The position numbers and the translations under genes were made by a program. From positions 40,178,001 to 40,242,000 of the forward strand of contig CM097885.1 of the NCBI GenBank assembly GCA_044892525.1: a DNA stretch of 64,000 nucleotides, written 5' to 3'. Positions 1 through 12,509 of this stretch are shown one piece after another. How positions within the stretch are numbered: position 1 is the stretch's first letter; every line of letters starts with the position of its first letter. Origin of the DNA: Schmidtea polychroa (lineage: Eukaryota). A model generated the notes under the pieces. The model saw only the letters and a program-made list of their open reading frames with translations, was not told the origin of the DNA and searched no databases.

Positions 1-29
1 CTCCGATACTTCCCATACATACTCCAAAA

Positions 30-210
30 TGATCAAATACATATTCCCACGTATGAGCCCGTGGTGGTGTTCCACGTTGGTGCTGCTCACACGGGTTGGA
101 AAAGGTTAGCAGGTGAGCCCCTGCCTTAGGACTACTCCTAACCCTTTCTCGGTTCGGGTTCCATGGTGCCATAGAAGGTCTTACCCGTTTCTTCGCTCCT
201 AATTCAGTCC
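30..210 (-). ncRNA. Diverged copy of the 3' structured domain of the two-armed element
   Basis: Minus strand reads cgggt..accttcta..acccg, gagaaagggttag..ctaaccttttc, gtgtgagc-agcaccaacgtgg..ccacgg-gctcatac. Same order of stems and linkers as 8722-8947. Confidence 0.5.
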
Positions 211-469
211 GACCCTGGTCCAAAGGGACGACATTTGCGCTCGTACTATGTCTCCAGGAGCACCTTTTACTCAAATCAACCACAGCAAATCACACATACC
301 AAAAAAAATCAAAGACTTCAAACAGTTGTATTAAAGCGAAACATAAAAATACATTCACCATTAATTAAATAAGAACAAAACATCAAAGGTCATGTACAGG
401 ATAACGTCAACTTCTCCGAGTTCCTTCATACCGCACAAAGATTGAGGCAAATGAGAAAAAAGGAATTCA

Positions 470-1234
470 TTACGAAAACACTTCTCCTTCTGCGATCATT
501 TCGTCAATGTCGACGGGCAACCGGCGATCTTCGAGGAATTTGATGCCGTCGGCCGGAACTACCCGAAATACTTCTTTCGTAGGGATAGAATGGGCGATTG
601 TAATCTCCTTGATCGTCGATTTGGCTGCAGATAACGATGCTTCGAGCGCGGCCATGGCGTTTCTGCGCTTCTGATTTTTCTCTGAGCGCGTCGGTCTCTT
701 ACGCTTTCGAGGTGGAAGAGTGGCTCCTGCTGGAGGCTGAGTGAGTGGCGACGCGAGGACTGGAGCCAAGATAGGGTCCGATGGACCGCCAGCCATAGGC
801 CGATAGCCAGAAAGAACTGGGGCGGGAATTGGTGGCAATTGTAGGCCGTGCCCCTTGCAACTGGTGGTTGATGAGGTTTCAGTGGATTGATGGTGTTCCG
901 GGAACACGTTAGTCCCATCTTGTATTGGGTATTCGCGAACTCGCTTCGCGATCTCGGATTCCGAATATACCTTGTGCAGTGCCTCTGATTGGGCTTTTAT
1001 GGTTAGCCTCTGGTATCTGCTCTCCTCCAGGAGACTGTCACGGCAGTGCTCCAAACGTAGAATTTTACTCTTCTCTTCCTTCATTTGTGGTGGGGAGAAC
1101 CACGTCCCTTCGTATAGGTCAATTCTCTTCTTTAATTCCCCGATGTATAAGTGCAGCTGTGCGATATCGGCATTTTTATCGGCACAGGAAAAACAAGGTC
1201 GAAGAGTACTTCCGAGCTTGGTTGGAGTGGTCAT
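470..1234 (-). CDS. Coiled-coil protein of unclassified element (GTWFSP family, left arm), with basic NLS-like C-terminal region
   Basis: 254-aa ORF. Shares GTWFSP..MK....IL.L and a KRKR basic block with ORF 8065-8535 on the opposite strand. ATG is preceded by an acceptor-like ttttag. Confidence 0.6.
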   Translation of the reverse strand: MTTPTKLGSTLRPCFSCADKNADIAQLHLYIGELKKRIDLYEGTWFSPPQMKEEKSKILRLEHCRDSLLEESRYQRLTIKAQSEALHKVYSESEIAKRVREYPIQDGTNVFPEHHQSTETSSTTSCKGHGLQLPPIPAPVLSGYRPMAGGPSDPILAPVLASPLTQPPAGATLPPRKRKRPTRSEKNQKRRNAMAALEASLSAAKSTIKEITIAHSIPTKEVFRVVPADGIKFLEDRRLPVDIDEMIAEGEVFS

Positions 1235-3756
1235 CTAAAAATTAAGACATTTATATTCGCACCTCAGGTATTATGATAGGGACAGTGACACTCTTACGAC
1301 ATGAAGTTTATTCCGTGTATCTCGCATCAAGACAAAAGCCTAAAAACCCATCTCACGCATACGTACCGGTGATCGTGCCGCGATCCATTCAATCCCAAAT
1401 ATTCGAACCAGTTCATTCATACAGCAGTTTTTCGGGGAAAAGAAAACGGAACATTTTACATCATCATATTCGCAGGTGAAAATGTTAAGTTTATCCTCGG
1501 GGGAAGCAATCTTTCCTTTAATCATGTCATCATTAATTCGTATTATTATGCCATTGAAAATATTCTAGCTATCCGTTTTGTATATATAAAACGGAACTAT
1601 ATCATATACAAAAATTTTTCCCTTTCACAATCCATCATATCATGCTACACCTCTTGTTCGATTTTTCGAGGTTTAGGTTAGTTAATAATCGGAGGTGACC
1701 TCAGTTTTCCCGGCGTTGCACCAAATCGAATTATCGGAACCGAAGAGGATTTGTAGCCGATTTGATTACAACGATGGATCCTAACATCTCAGATTTCTAA
1801 TTCTAAATTCTTATCGATATTTATCTCATCTCGTCGCCTTTATCATATTCCGTTAGCAATTCATTTATAGCTTTAACTTCTTAAACCTGGCCTCAACTCA
1901 TCAGTTTAATTAAGCCCACCGCTACCTTCGGTTTCGTGCCTACTAATTGGGCGATATTATTTCGCATTCAACGCGAATACTCGAAAATATATTATAGAAA
2001 AGTGTAATCCAAATTTAAATAAAATGAATTTTAAATATGCACGGGAAATCGTCGTCATAACGACGCCTATCTGTGTGTATTATCGTATCATTATGCATCC
2101 CTACTAGGTGAGTTTGTGTGTCTAAATCTGTGATTGTTATGAGTAACTATTTCACTTATCCGAGTCTAGCAGAATCAATGTCGTACTACTCTACGATGAC
2201 GCGGTTCATTATTTTACTCTTACCCACAGTCCGACATCTCCGGTGACATCTCCTATTCTTACGCAATCATGATGATATCACATACATCTCCGTTCGAATT
2301 TTTCGTCGCCCTACTGGAAGAAATCTCATCGTGGCGTGTACAATTACCTGCATGTTCACCACAGAGTCACTCAGAATTTCCCTACTATAGTGTCTGCGGT
2401 GATTGTCGTAGATGGAAAATGATAGATGTAGGAGATTACTAATCAGTTGGGATTGCCGATTCGTCTGTTATCGTGTTACGGGCTCGGGCACTCCTGTCAT
2501 TACGCCCACTAACAAATCAATTCAGAAATTTTCCCCTTATCTCTCATAGTGGATTTTTGCTGGTCGTCTCATTCGATTACTCAGAAACTGACTGGGCTTC
2601 GTTCAACATTGAGTTGATAACCCTGACAGCAGTGTCCTTCATATCGGCCGTAAGTACTCTGATAATTCCTCGGAAGTTGTTTACTTTATTTCTAGAAAAT
2701 TAAAGCTTATCAGCAGTGCAAGAGTTGATAATTCCGTCTAAAAGTACATCTTAGATGGGTTTCATCGCCAGTATCCTAGCGATTCACACCTTAGAAGACT
2801 ATAGCTTCACCAATTTTCCATGAAATTTTATCAATGACATCGCGCGAATATAGATCTCTGTCGGTTGGATATTTCGACGCTATTCGTGGACAAATTTAAA
2901 TCATGGCTCATTTTCAATCAAGAGACGGAAAGAGGAAAGTTTGATATAAAGTCTACAATTTATGAATCTGCCAATTTTGCGCATTTCCTTATGGATTGTT
3001 CCTCCACCTCAGCTTTAATGCCGTAACTCGTAGTACTGGAAATATTTTCGATGATTTCAAAAGTGGATCGTACTCGATGAAAAGCTCGGTTCCTACACCC
3101 ACATTCCGCCATTCCCCAGATATCCTCACCCCTCCTGGCCCACCCAAGAACAGCATGCATCGCTGCCGCCATTCTCGGACCGTCAGGAAGGACGATTTTA
3201 TCTCATCAAATTTCCATCATCTCCATCACAGATAATTATCAAAAATAAATAGTATAATTCATCAGATAACTCAATACTATTGGAATATTACTATCATATA
3301 AAATAATTATTTACCCGGCGACCACGCCGTCTGAATTTCGAACATGATACAACGTCGGAATACTCATCGTATTTTTCATTTTCCATTCCCAGTGAAATCT
3401 AATTCATTCCAATTTTCGATTCGATGTCTTTACTTTCATCGCTCGCCTTCGGGTATCTCCTGGTAAATTTATTCACGTCTCCGCATCATGCCCGATTTCC
3501 AGACGACATCGTCGCCAGCCGCATAGAGAGAGAGAACATCATTGTAATCATAAATTTTTATTAAAAATTAAAATATTTTATTCAATCAAGTTTTTGTTTT
3601 TATAAATCAATCATAAATCAAAATATTCATTCTACTTACGATAAGTTTCCTTCGAGAGTATTGAAAATTTAGGTCTAGATTTTCTTTTCCAAGGTAAATG
3701 TGTTAATATTCTGCAAAAATCTCGATCGCTGTATGAATAATTTTCCGTAAGTATAG

Positions 3757-3950
3757 TCCCTGTAAATCTGTTTGATGAAGTTTGCTAAGTAGTTCCTGTG
3801 TGACTCGTAGATCCTAATCTGTAGAGCAGTTTGGTTAAATGGTTTGGTAGGCTGCTATCTAGTCCTGTAGAGTATTTGTTAAAGTGGTCTTTATCAAAAA
3901 ATGAAAATTTTTTACCTGTAGAGTATTTGTTAAAGTGGTACTCTACAGAT
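3757..3950. repeat. Short direct repeats (cctgtagagtatttgttaaagtggt-like, ~4-5 degenerate copies) ending in an inverted copy (tactctacag)
   Basis: Exact 25-mer twice (~3864 and ~3915) plus degenerate upstream copies; CCAAT at ~3981. Confidence 0.7.
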
Positions 3951-4559
3951 TTTTCGCATTCCTTTTATATTATTTTCCGTCCAATCAGGACGCGCCTTGC
4001 GTGTAATATTATTATTTATTATTATTTTTATGTTTTTAATGTAATAAGGTATATCTTAATGACTTTTCTTATTTTTTATTATTATTTTATTTATTTTTCT
4101 ATTTTTTATTATTTCCCTCCTGTTTTTTCCTGTGACTTTATTGTTTTTTTGGTTATAGTATAATTTTTTGTTTTAATTAGTTTATATATTTATTTGATAA
4201 TGATTTATTTCTATTTTATTTCCTAATTTCTGGTTTATTTTCCTTAAATTTATTATTTTATTTCCTTCTGCTATTATGTGTGGTGTGTTATTTTCTTTTT
4301 CATCTTATTTTTCGTCTTTTATTATTTTCATTAGTTATTTTTGTTCCCTTTATTTCTGTTATATTTATCTAATTTTATTTGTTCTTTTATTTTTCGTGCT
4401 TTTCGTGAAATTTATTTTATCTCCTTTATTCATCCTTAACCTGTTTTGCAATACTCTCGAAGCTTGGCCCAACAATTATGTCGAAATTAAAGTTGTTTTA
4501 TATTTTTTTTTAATTTTCAAGCGATGTACGAATGATCAGCGGCGTACTGGAGTACCTGC

Positions 4560-5085
4560 GCCTCTGGTCAGTCCTGCATCCAGTTAACTTAAATTCTTAT
4601 AGGATGACATGCAGACACGCATTATCGATATTATATGCTCCTTTTTGTTCGGGTCCATCGGAGGTCGAACCACTTCATGGTCCTGCCATGGAGTTAAGTC
4701 GAGGAAACCCTCCGTCTGACTCTTCTTATTTATTCAAGGTCAGCCGTAAATGGTTGACTTACTACACAACATTAAGGTTTGTCCCTAGTGGTCTCAGTGG
4801 GGCTGCGAAAGCAAAAATTCTTCCCGACTTTATGCGCAATACACAAATAAAATCATCATTAAAAATCATTGACAAAAGCATTACACTAAGGTCATAATTT
4901 GAGTAGAACTCAGACCCAAACTTACACAATTCTACAATTCATTAATGTAGCCGGTTGAATAGTAATAACAATTTCAGTTATGCTTATACATATGTCGAAT
5001 TAGATTTTTATGATAACGAAAAATAGAAGCTTATTGTAATCAAAGTAATTGAAATGATAAAGATATTCGGCATACGTATAGGTAG
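4560..5085 (+). ncRNA. 5' structured domain of the two-armed element (copy A)
   Basis: cggagg(4659)/cctccg(4709) stem around the catgg-tcctg-ccatg hairpin; GAAA-containing hairpin 4778-4815; cagacccaaa and aatgtag motifs. Homologous to 59350-59930(-) and 61960-62330(+). Confidence 0.55.
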
Positions 5086-5338
5086 AACTTAATCTGGGTA
5101 GGCCTTTGAATTAATTATAGTGCTAATGAGTCCAACTTAAATGTAGATATTATAAATCTAAAAGATTAAATTACGAATCTATATTGATCCAAGCTCCCAC
5201 TCTAAAATATTTGTATCATAAATGTATAAGTACTTCGCCCAAAAATATGACCTACAAGCAGCTATGAACATGTAGGCTATAGATGGTAGTATACAAAGTT
5301 TACTGATAAAACATAAATAATATCTAATTATATATAAA

Positions 5339-6530
<1,192 letters not shown>

Positions 6531-7506
6531 TATCAGTAATATGTTTGGTTTACAAAAAATAAAAATCCAAATCAAATATCGATTTAGGAATTTCCCCAAA
6601 GTTAAATTTAGAATTAACCCTTTTGATCCAATAGGAATGATCAAAATTCTTGAAAGTTATTTTTAGCAACACCCCCCCCCTCCCTGGGAAAATGTTGCCA
6701 TTATTCAAGTCATCTGGGAATATGGGTGAGGGTGTATGATCAACTATACAATCTAACCACTTGAATCCCGAATGAACAATCAAACGTGCAACTTTATTTA
6801 TTAGTAAATTAAATTAACATTGACAAAAGACGAAAGATTTATTATTATTTTTTTTTGAGCAACAAATTACCATACACAATCATTGCGAAACCAAAAATTT
6901 GATTCTTGACTAAGAATTGCAGGACGATCTCCAGAAGTTGAACCTCGACATCTCCAGCTGGAAAGAATGGTTGTCGATTGTCTCTAAATTAAAAATACAC
7001 GATAAATAGATAAATTACCGAGTTCCTAAAAGACGGTTAGACCACTTATAACGAGTACAACCAAGGGAAGAGTAAGTGAGCAAGAAACTGAGCTCGTCAC
7101 TAGTACCCATCGCCTGATGTACCCACATTTAGTGGAAATTATTCAAATTGTTTGAAAATACCTAAAAATTTAATATATAAAATTTTAAATTACCAACTAG
7201 TGGTAAACAAATTATGAAAATTAAAAGTAGAAATTTAAAACAAAAATGACCTTTAGGGAATTATAGGTCGGGATATAGAATTTCTAGCATTAATACCCAA
7301 CATCGAGAAAATTTTTCTTTAATTTATTAATTAAAAGGGTACACTAATAAATTTAAATCGAAAATTTCAAGTTTTACTTATTTGCATTAATTATAGTAAA
7401 TTTGATTACCATTTGTTTTAAGTAGGAGAATTTTGTATATTTTATCGTAACTTCATTTGGTAAGTCACACTGGTGGTACACGGGTCTTGATCTTTACATT
7501 GCAGGC

Positions 7507-7872
7507 ATGTCCCAATCAGATGATTTTAGCGAAGGAGAAGCCGATCGGCAAATGATCACCCGACTCCGTACCCGGTACATTTGGTACCGTATCCACGATT
7601 GGAATCGTGGATTGGATATTGATAACTTCGGCCCAGTTATCCGAAGTGGCCCGGAACCTGATGCCCCGGCGTGGGTAAAAACGGAGCCGGAGAACAATCT
7701 ACTACAGGAGGCCCGCGATCAAGCGGCCAGTGACGTAGAGGCCACTCAGGTTCGGCTCAGGAAGATTGAATTGAAAATCAGGGCCAAAAGAGAGGGAGTG
7801 TCCCTGGAAGAACAAGAAGAGGCCGAGGCACCACCACGAAAGAGAGGGAGGCCCCGCAAGTGCCAAATGTGA
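7507..7872 (+). CDS. Small coiled-coil protein with C-terminal AT-hook (PRKRGRPRK)
   Basis: 121-aa GC-richer ORF with the AT-hook core RGRP; putative 5'UTR intron gtaagt(7460)..tgcag(7504). Confidence 0.6.
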   Translation: MSQSDDFSEGEADRQMITRLRTRYIWYRIHDWNRGLDIDNFGPVIRSGPEPDAPAWVKTEPENNLLQEARDQAASDVEATQVRLRKIELKIRAKREGVSLEEQEEAEAPPRKRGRPRKCQM

Positions 7873-8122
7873 TTACTAGCCGACAATTGACTTAGCTTAA
7901 TCAACTTTCCTTTATCGTTTGTGCACTAATTTAAATGATTGAAATCGTATGGTGTTCATTATTAAATAAAGTATTTTTTTTGTTTTGTAAATCAAGTAGT
8001 AGATTGAGTGATTACAATAATGTCTTAGCGGTAAAGCACTAATGCTAATTAATAATTTTATTATTTGTTTGTTGCAACTTTTCTTGGTACGAATGAAATT
8101 AATAAACCCCTTTATGTTTTAG

Positions 8123-8535
8123 TGTACAAATTGTTGGAAAACTTGCGTAAAGATCGGGAGGAGGCCCAAAAACAAGCCAACGAACTCCGAGTCCGGGTGG
8201 ATAAACTCAAAGGGAAGTGCCAGGAGTTCAAGGGCACCTGGTTTAGTCCCGAGGTCATGAAAAAGAAGACGGCACAGATCCTCCAGCTGCAGATACAAGC
8301 CGCACAGGATCAGATGGAGATCCGCGCCCTAAAATTGCAGGTGCGCGCGCTCGTAACCGAGCGCAATGAACAATTCGTACACGAAGCCATAGCAAGACAA
8401 ATCCGGCCGCTGACCGTCAAACTAGCAGCGATATACCCTCCAGTCGCTGAAAGTAGACCCAAACGCAAGCGGCTAGGGCGCAACATTCGGGAAAAGTTAA
8501 AGAAGGCCAGGTTGGCCGAATACGAACGTCATTAA
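8123..8535 (+). CDS. Coiled-coil protein (GTWFSP family, right arm), probably a spliced 3' exon
   Basis: Open frame from acceptor ttttag|8123; paralogous to 470-1234(-); heptad-rich with a basic C-terminus. Confidence 0.55.
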
Positions 8536-8721
8536 AAATTGTCTACATCGCAAGCGTCTACAACGGGACTAACCAGCTCTGCCAACGAGCCAATTTGAAC
8601 TTTTGTGAATTTTTGTTTTTGTATATTTTTGTAGTGTATTAAAATAGTATATAATATATTTTGTTACATGATTGCCTGAGGAATGAGAGTTTGTGTGTAA
8701 GGTTTGGGAAAACAATTTTGA

Positions 8722-8947
8722 TAAGGGACCTGAGGAAATCGGACACAAACCTTCTAACGGTAGTCCGTGAACCCACAGAGTGCTCGACAATTATAGTGCC
8801 TCGGTGCGCTCACTTTTTGCGAGTACTCAATCCCTTGGTACAGTACCAACGTTACTCAACGGGTGCCAAGCGGAAAACATTGTTGTATTCTGGGTTACGC
8901 TGGTAACAGCACAAAATCGTAATTAATCAACCACCAGTAACCCACCA
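8722..8947 (+). ncRNA. 3' structured domain ending in 7-bp stem + ACCA (copy A)
   Basis: Nested stems; GGGTTAC(8892)/GTAACCC(8937)+ACCA(8944-8947) followed by (tta)n; inverted homolog at 56435-56670. Confidence 0.6.
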
Positions 8948-9029
8948 TTATTATTAATTTATATAGAAAAAGGCTTATATAATAAGAGCATTAAAATGTA
9001 AAATCTGTCTAGTCGTATGAAAATAATGT

Positions 9030-9780
9030 TCTCTGGAAGCCTCTTTAGGATGTGAATTATAAGATTGTCACTTGTTCGTAGCATAAAGATCAGTTTTACT
9101 TGTAGGTAAGATAGTTCAGTGCATGTTTGATGAGAAATCAGTCAAAATGTTGGAAAGTATAAATCTTATCAATGATATAATGTTCCGCCACATCAATGAA
9201 ATGGCACATTATACAATATTCTGATCGTGTTTAGATTTTTATTCATTGACGGCATAATTCACTTGAAGCGCTTGCTACTAACAATGCCCCAGTAGTTAGT
9301 TCGGTATAATATAACTATTTCATGTTTCATTAGTACCCATCCACTGAATACATAACTATTTGCAATCATATACAATGAAAGTGGTATGAACATCCCCAAT
9401 ACACCGTTATTACCTACCGAAGTCAAAAGGTTGTGTGAAACGAATTTACTGACAGATTTTTAGAACTACGCAATGAAGTAGTTGGTGTTTTAGAACATAA
9501 TTCTTTGCACTTTGAGCATTAACTTAAAGATAATAATTTTATTCAACGTCGCGCATATTTGTGATATATACTTAAAGAAACTTAACAAATTGTGTTTGAG
9601 TTTTCGAGGTCACAAAACAAACATTTTTAATCATAAATTAATAATCGCAGATATTTCCATTTACCGTTGAAAAGATAATTTTCTTAGACAAAAAGCATTC
9701 AAAAAGCACTACATAAAAGTATTTTCACTGTTTATGGTTATGAATCAAAAAGTAGGTGATATGGTTTATGAATACATAAA
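9030..9780 (+). mobile_element. Highly decayed hAT (Buster/ZBED5-like) transposase remnant
   Basis: Fragments resembling MFDEKS..L..I.LSND and LL.TEVRW..RF.ELRNEV; many stops and frameshifts. Confidence 0.45.
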
Positions 9781-9785
9781 GGGAA

Positions 9786-10044
9786 CAGTGGCGTAACTCG
9801 TGGACGCAGGACCCTGTGTTGCGGGGGCCCACCAGCTATATGGGGGGTCAAAAATTATTACTAAAAAAATATTTACAATCATTTTCTGAAACTTTTTTTC
9901 CCGCAGTAATATTTGCCTACAAACATAAAACTATCATTGAATAGCGGCTGCTGTGAATAACTATGTATTAAACTTTAACCGAAAAATTTAAGTGGAAATA
10001 TTTTACATTGCGCGGGGGGCCCAAATTTTGAAGTTCCGCCACTG
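9786..10044. mobile_element. hAT-type MITE
   Basis: TIR cagtggcgtaact / agttccgccactg; imperfect 8-bp flanks aaagggaa/aaagagta. Confidence 0.6.
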
Positions 10045-10791
10045 AAAGAGTAGAAGAATTAAGTTATAAGTCAACTAAAATCTCCATGAAAAGAAAAGAC
10101 AAATTTATTTAAACCTTTCTTTAAAGCCACACTCCATGTTAAGTTTGAATGACATCAATATAAGATCTATCAAGCCAGTTTATTATTACTTAAGTTTTAT
10201 TCTCAAAAATTAAAAATAGTGATGAATTACAACTATTAAAACTTTTTGTAAGTTTCACAACTAATAATAATAATTTTTAATGAAAATTTCATACAATTTA
10301 AATAACAATAACAAATATTCGAAACTAAATAATAATATCTATATTATCACAAAGTTTGTTTAAATAGTCAAATAAATAGAAACTAGTAACGCTCAACTTT
10401 TAACTCATTCATCTTTTACTTCTAAAATGTCAATATTAAAAACATTAAAAATCATTTTTTTATAAATTATTTTGAGTTTATATTCGAATCTTACTTAGAT
10501 TTTTCAACAGATGTCTTACTGACACTGCAACGATTTTCAGTAGGGTTCTGTCGAACTGAACCAAAACAAATAACAAAACCGTTTAAAGAAAAGTTAACGA
10601 AATCAAAATAAACTTTACTTTCTTACTTATATTCTGATCTATTTTCAACCTTGAAAATATTATAGATATATTTATAGAAATGAATGATTAAAACAAATAT
10701 CGATTCTATTAAATATTTCACTGCTTTCCATAAAAAAAATTGATCGGTAAAATAAATTGAAAAACTATTGCAGATTTATTAATCCAAATGA

Positions 10792-11094
10792 TTAAACGCC
10801 TAAGTGCATATAGCAGATATATTCGTCACATATAAGGTCACTATTCTACGCTTATGACGAATACATTCGCAATGTAGAAATATAAGTGAATCTCAATCGG
10901 CTGGACTATATATCCGTCATTGTGTTTCTATCATTAGATGACGTCAGGAGAAGTCGTTTTAGTCAACTTTTATTCTAGTTTTTCTTTTGCATTTGTCAGA
11001 CAATGAGTAAGACGTATATATCCACATGCTGTGCAAATTCCCGTCTGCTGTGATGTACATTATGGTTTATTGCATGCAGCACTTGAGGGGTTAA
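10792..11094. mobile_element. Possible piggyBac-type MITE
   Basis: Right end gcacttgagggg+TTAA; degenerate left end ttaa-acgcctaagtgc. Confidence 0.35.
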
Positions 11095-12509
11095 TTTGAT
11101 TGAATATAATGTAGTAGAAATTATATTTGTTTATAAAATGTATAATTGTTTGGAAAATAGAAAATAAATTAATAATTTATTTTGCTTAGTCTAGTAACAG
11201 CGAAACCATAAATAACGCGAGGCTACATCAATTTATGCACATTTTAGTAAATGAGAATACAGATATTGTCAGGCTTTTTAAAGGTAAGCACTATAAGAAA
11301 AGCTAGCTTTTTCAGTGAATGCAGACAGTTTTTTCAAAGGAACTAGCCTAGTCAATGAAAAGCAATGTGGTAAAGCATTTATGGCTCTTAGCCAAACTGT
11401 TTTTTGAAAAATATAAGTAAAGGGCAGTAAATTGTAATGTCTCGATGGATTGTAATGTCTTGAGGAAGAATTACATCGGCATTTGGGCATTCATATTTTT
11501 AAAACTCGGAAACCGATATATAATATCACTATCCGTAAAAATGAACTTTTTCACTAAATTGTTTTCAATTGCAAGAAGTAACACGTTAACCTAAAATTCT
11601 AAATTTTTGAAATTATTATTTTTATAGATAAAAGTAACCCCGGAATACTATAAGAACATATCAAAATCTGTTGTTGAGTGTTGGATTAACATTTTTTGAA
11701 TTTTGATTGTAAATATTCAGAGAGCAAGTATTACCGCATTCACTAACATTTTGCTTCTCACATTTTAAGGCCTAGATTTATAATTTCACCATTTACTGAA
11801 TTTCAGGTCATACATGTTTATATTTTCCCACTATTTAGTCATTGTGGCCGACCGTCTCCCCCCGAGGGTATGCACGCGCATCATAATAGAGTAGATTGCA
11901 CACGCGCAACTTATTCGAATAGATTGCACGTGCAATCTATTGTAAAAAAATGTTTTGAAATTCTGAAAAATTAAATTTTCTATTTAAATTCTTAATTAGA
12001 ATGCGCATTAAAATACAATTCATTATTAAAATATTAATCCATAACATTTTAAGATTTTTAAATTTTATAAAATATTTTAAAAATTTAAAAAAAACAAAAA
12101 TTAAAAAGCTAAATTTCAAAAAATAGTACTGAGTACATATTTGGATTGATATTCATTTCATGTATCCAAAATTATCCTTAAATTTCACCATTGTTTTAGT
12201 TTAAGAATCACACTCATTGAATAAAATACACTCCTTTTCGAGTAAATCATCATTTAAACCAATTAGATTAATCTTTATGTCAAATAGACTGGAAAATACA
12301 AACAACTCTATTTTACTTTCAGTTAAGATTTCCTTTTCAAACAAGTTTCTTCATCTTGATCATAAAGTTCAGAAAGAATTCCATTCTCTTCAATATACTT
12401 AAAACATTTTCCCATTGTTAATGTTTTCCAAATTTTGTAAATATGGTGTGGTTGCATAGTATCATAAATTGTCAGCCAAATGGATTTAAGTTTTTCTGAA
12501 AACACCCAC

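Noticed and set aside
1885..1945. Hammerhead core on the minus strand (GAAAC..GTA..CTGATGA)
   Set aside because: Stems I and II do not pair convincingly.
3831..4587. Hydrophobic F/I/Y-rich ORFs as membrane proteins
   Set aside because: T-rich low-complexity, likely intronic sequence.
7452..7475. CA-tt-TGG as LTR end plus PBS
   Set aside because: No recognisable tRNA complement; better explained as a GTAAGT splice donor before ORF 7507.
8728..8775. CTGAGGA..stem..GAA as a hammerhead in the 3' domain
   Set aside because: Core not conserved in copy B (ctgcgta) and no GAAA.
8892..8947. True tRNA gene
   Set aside because: No anticodon or T arm and only ~56 nt; reported only as a tRNA-like end.
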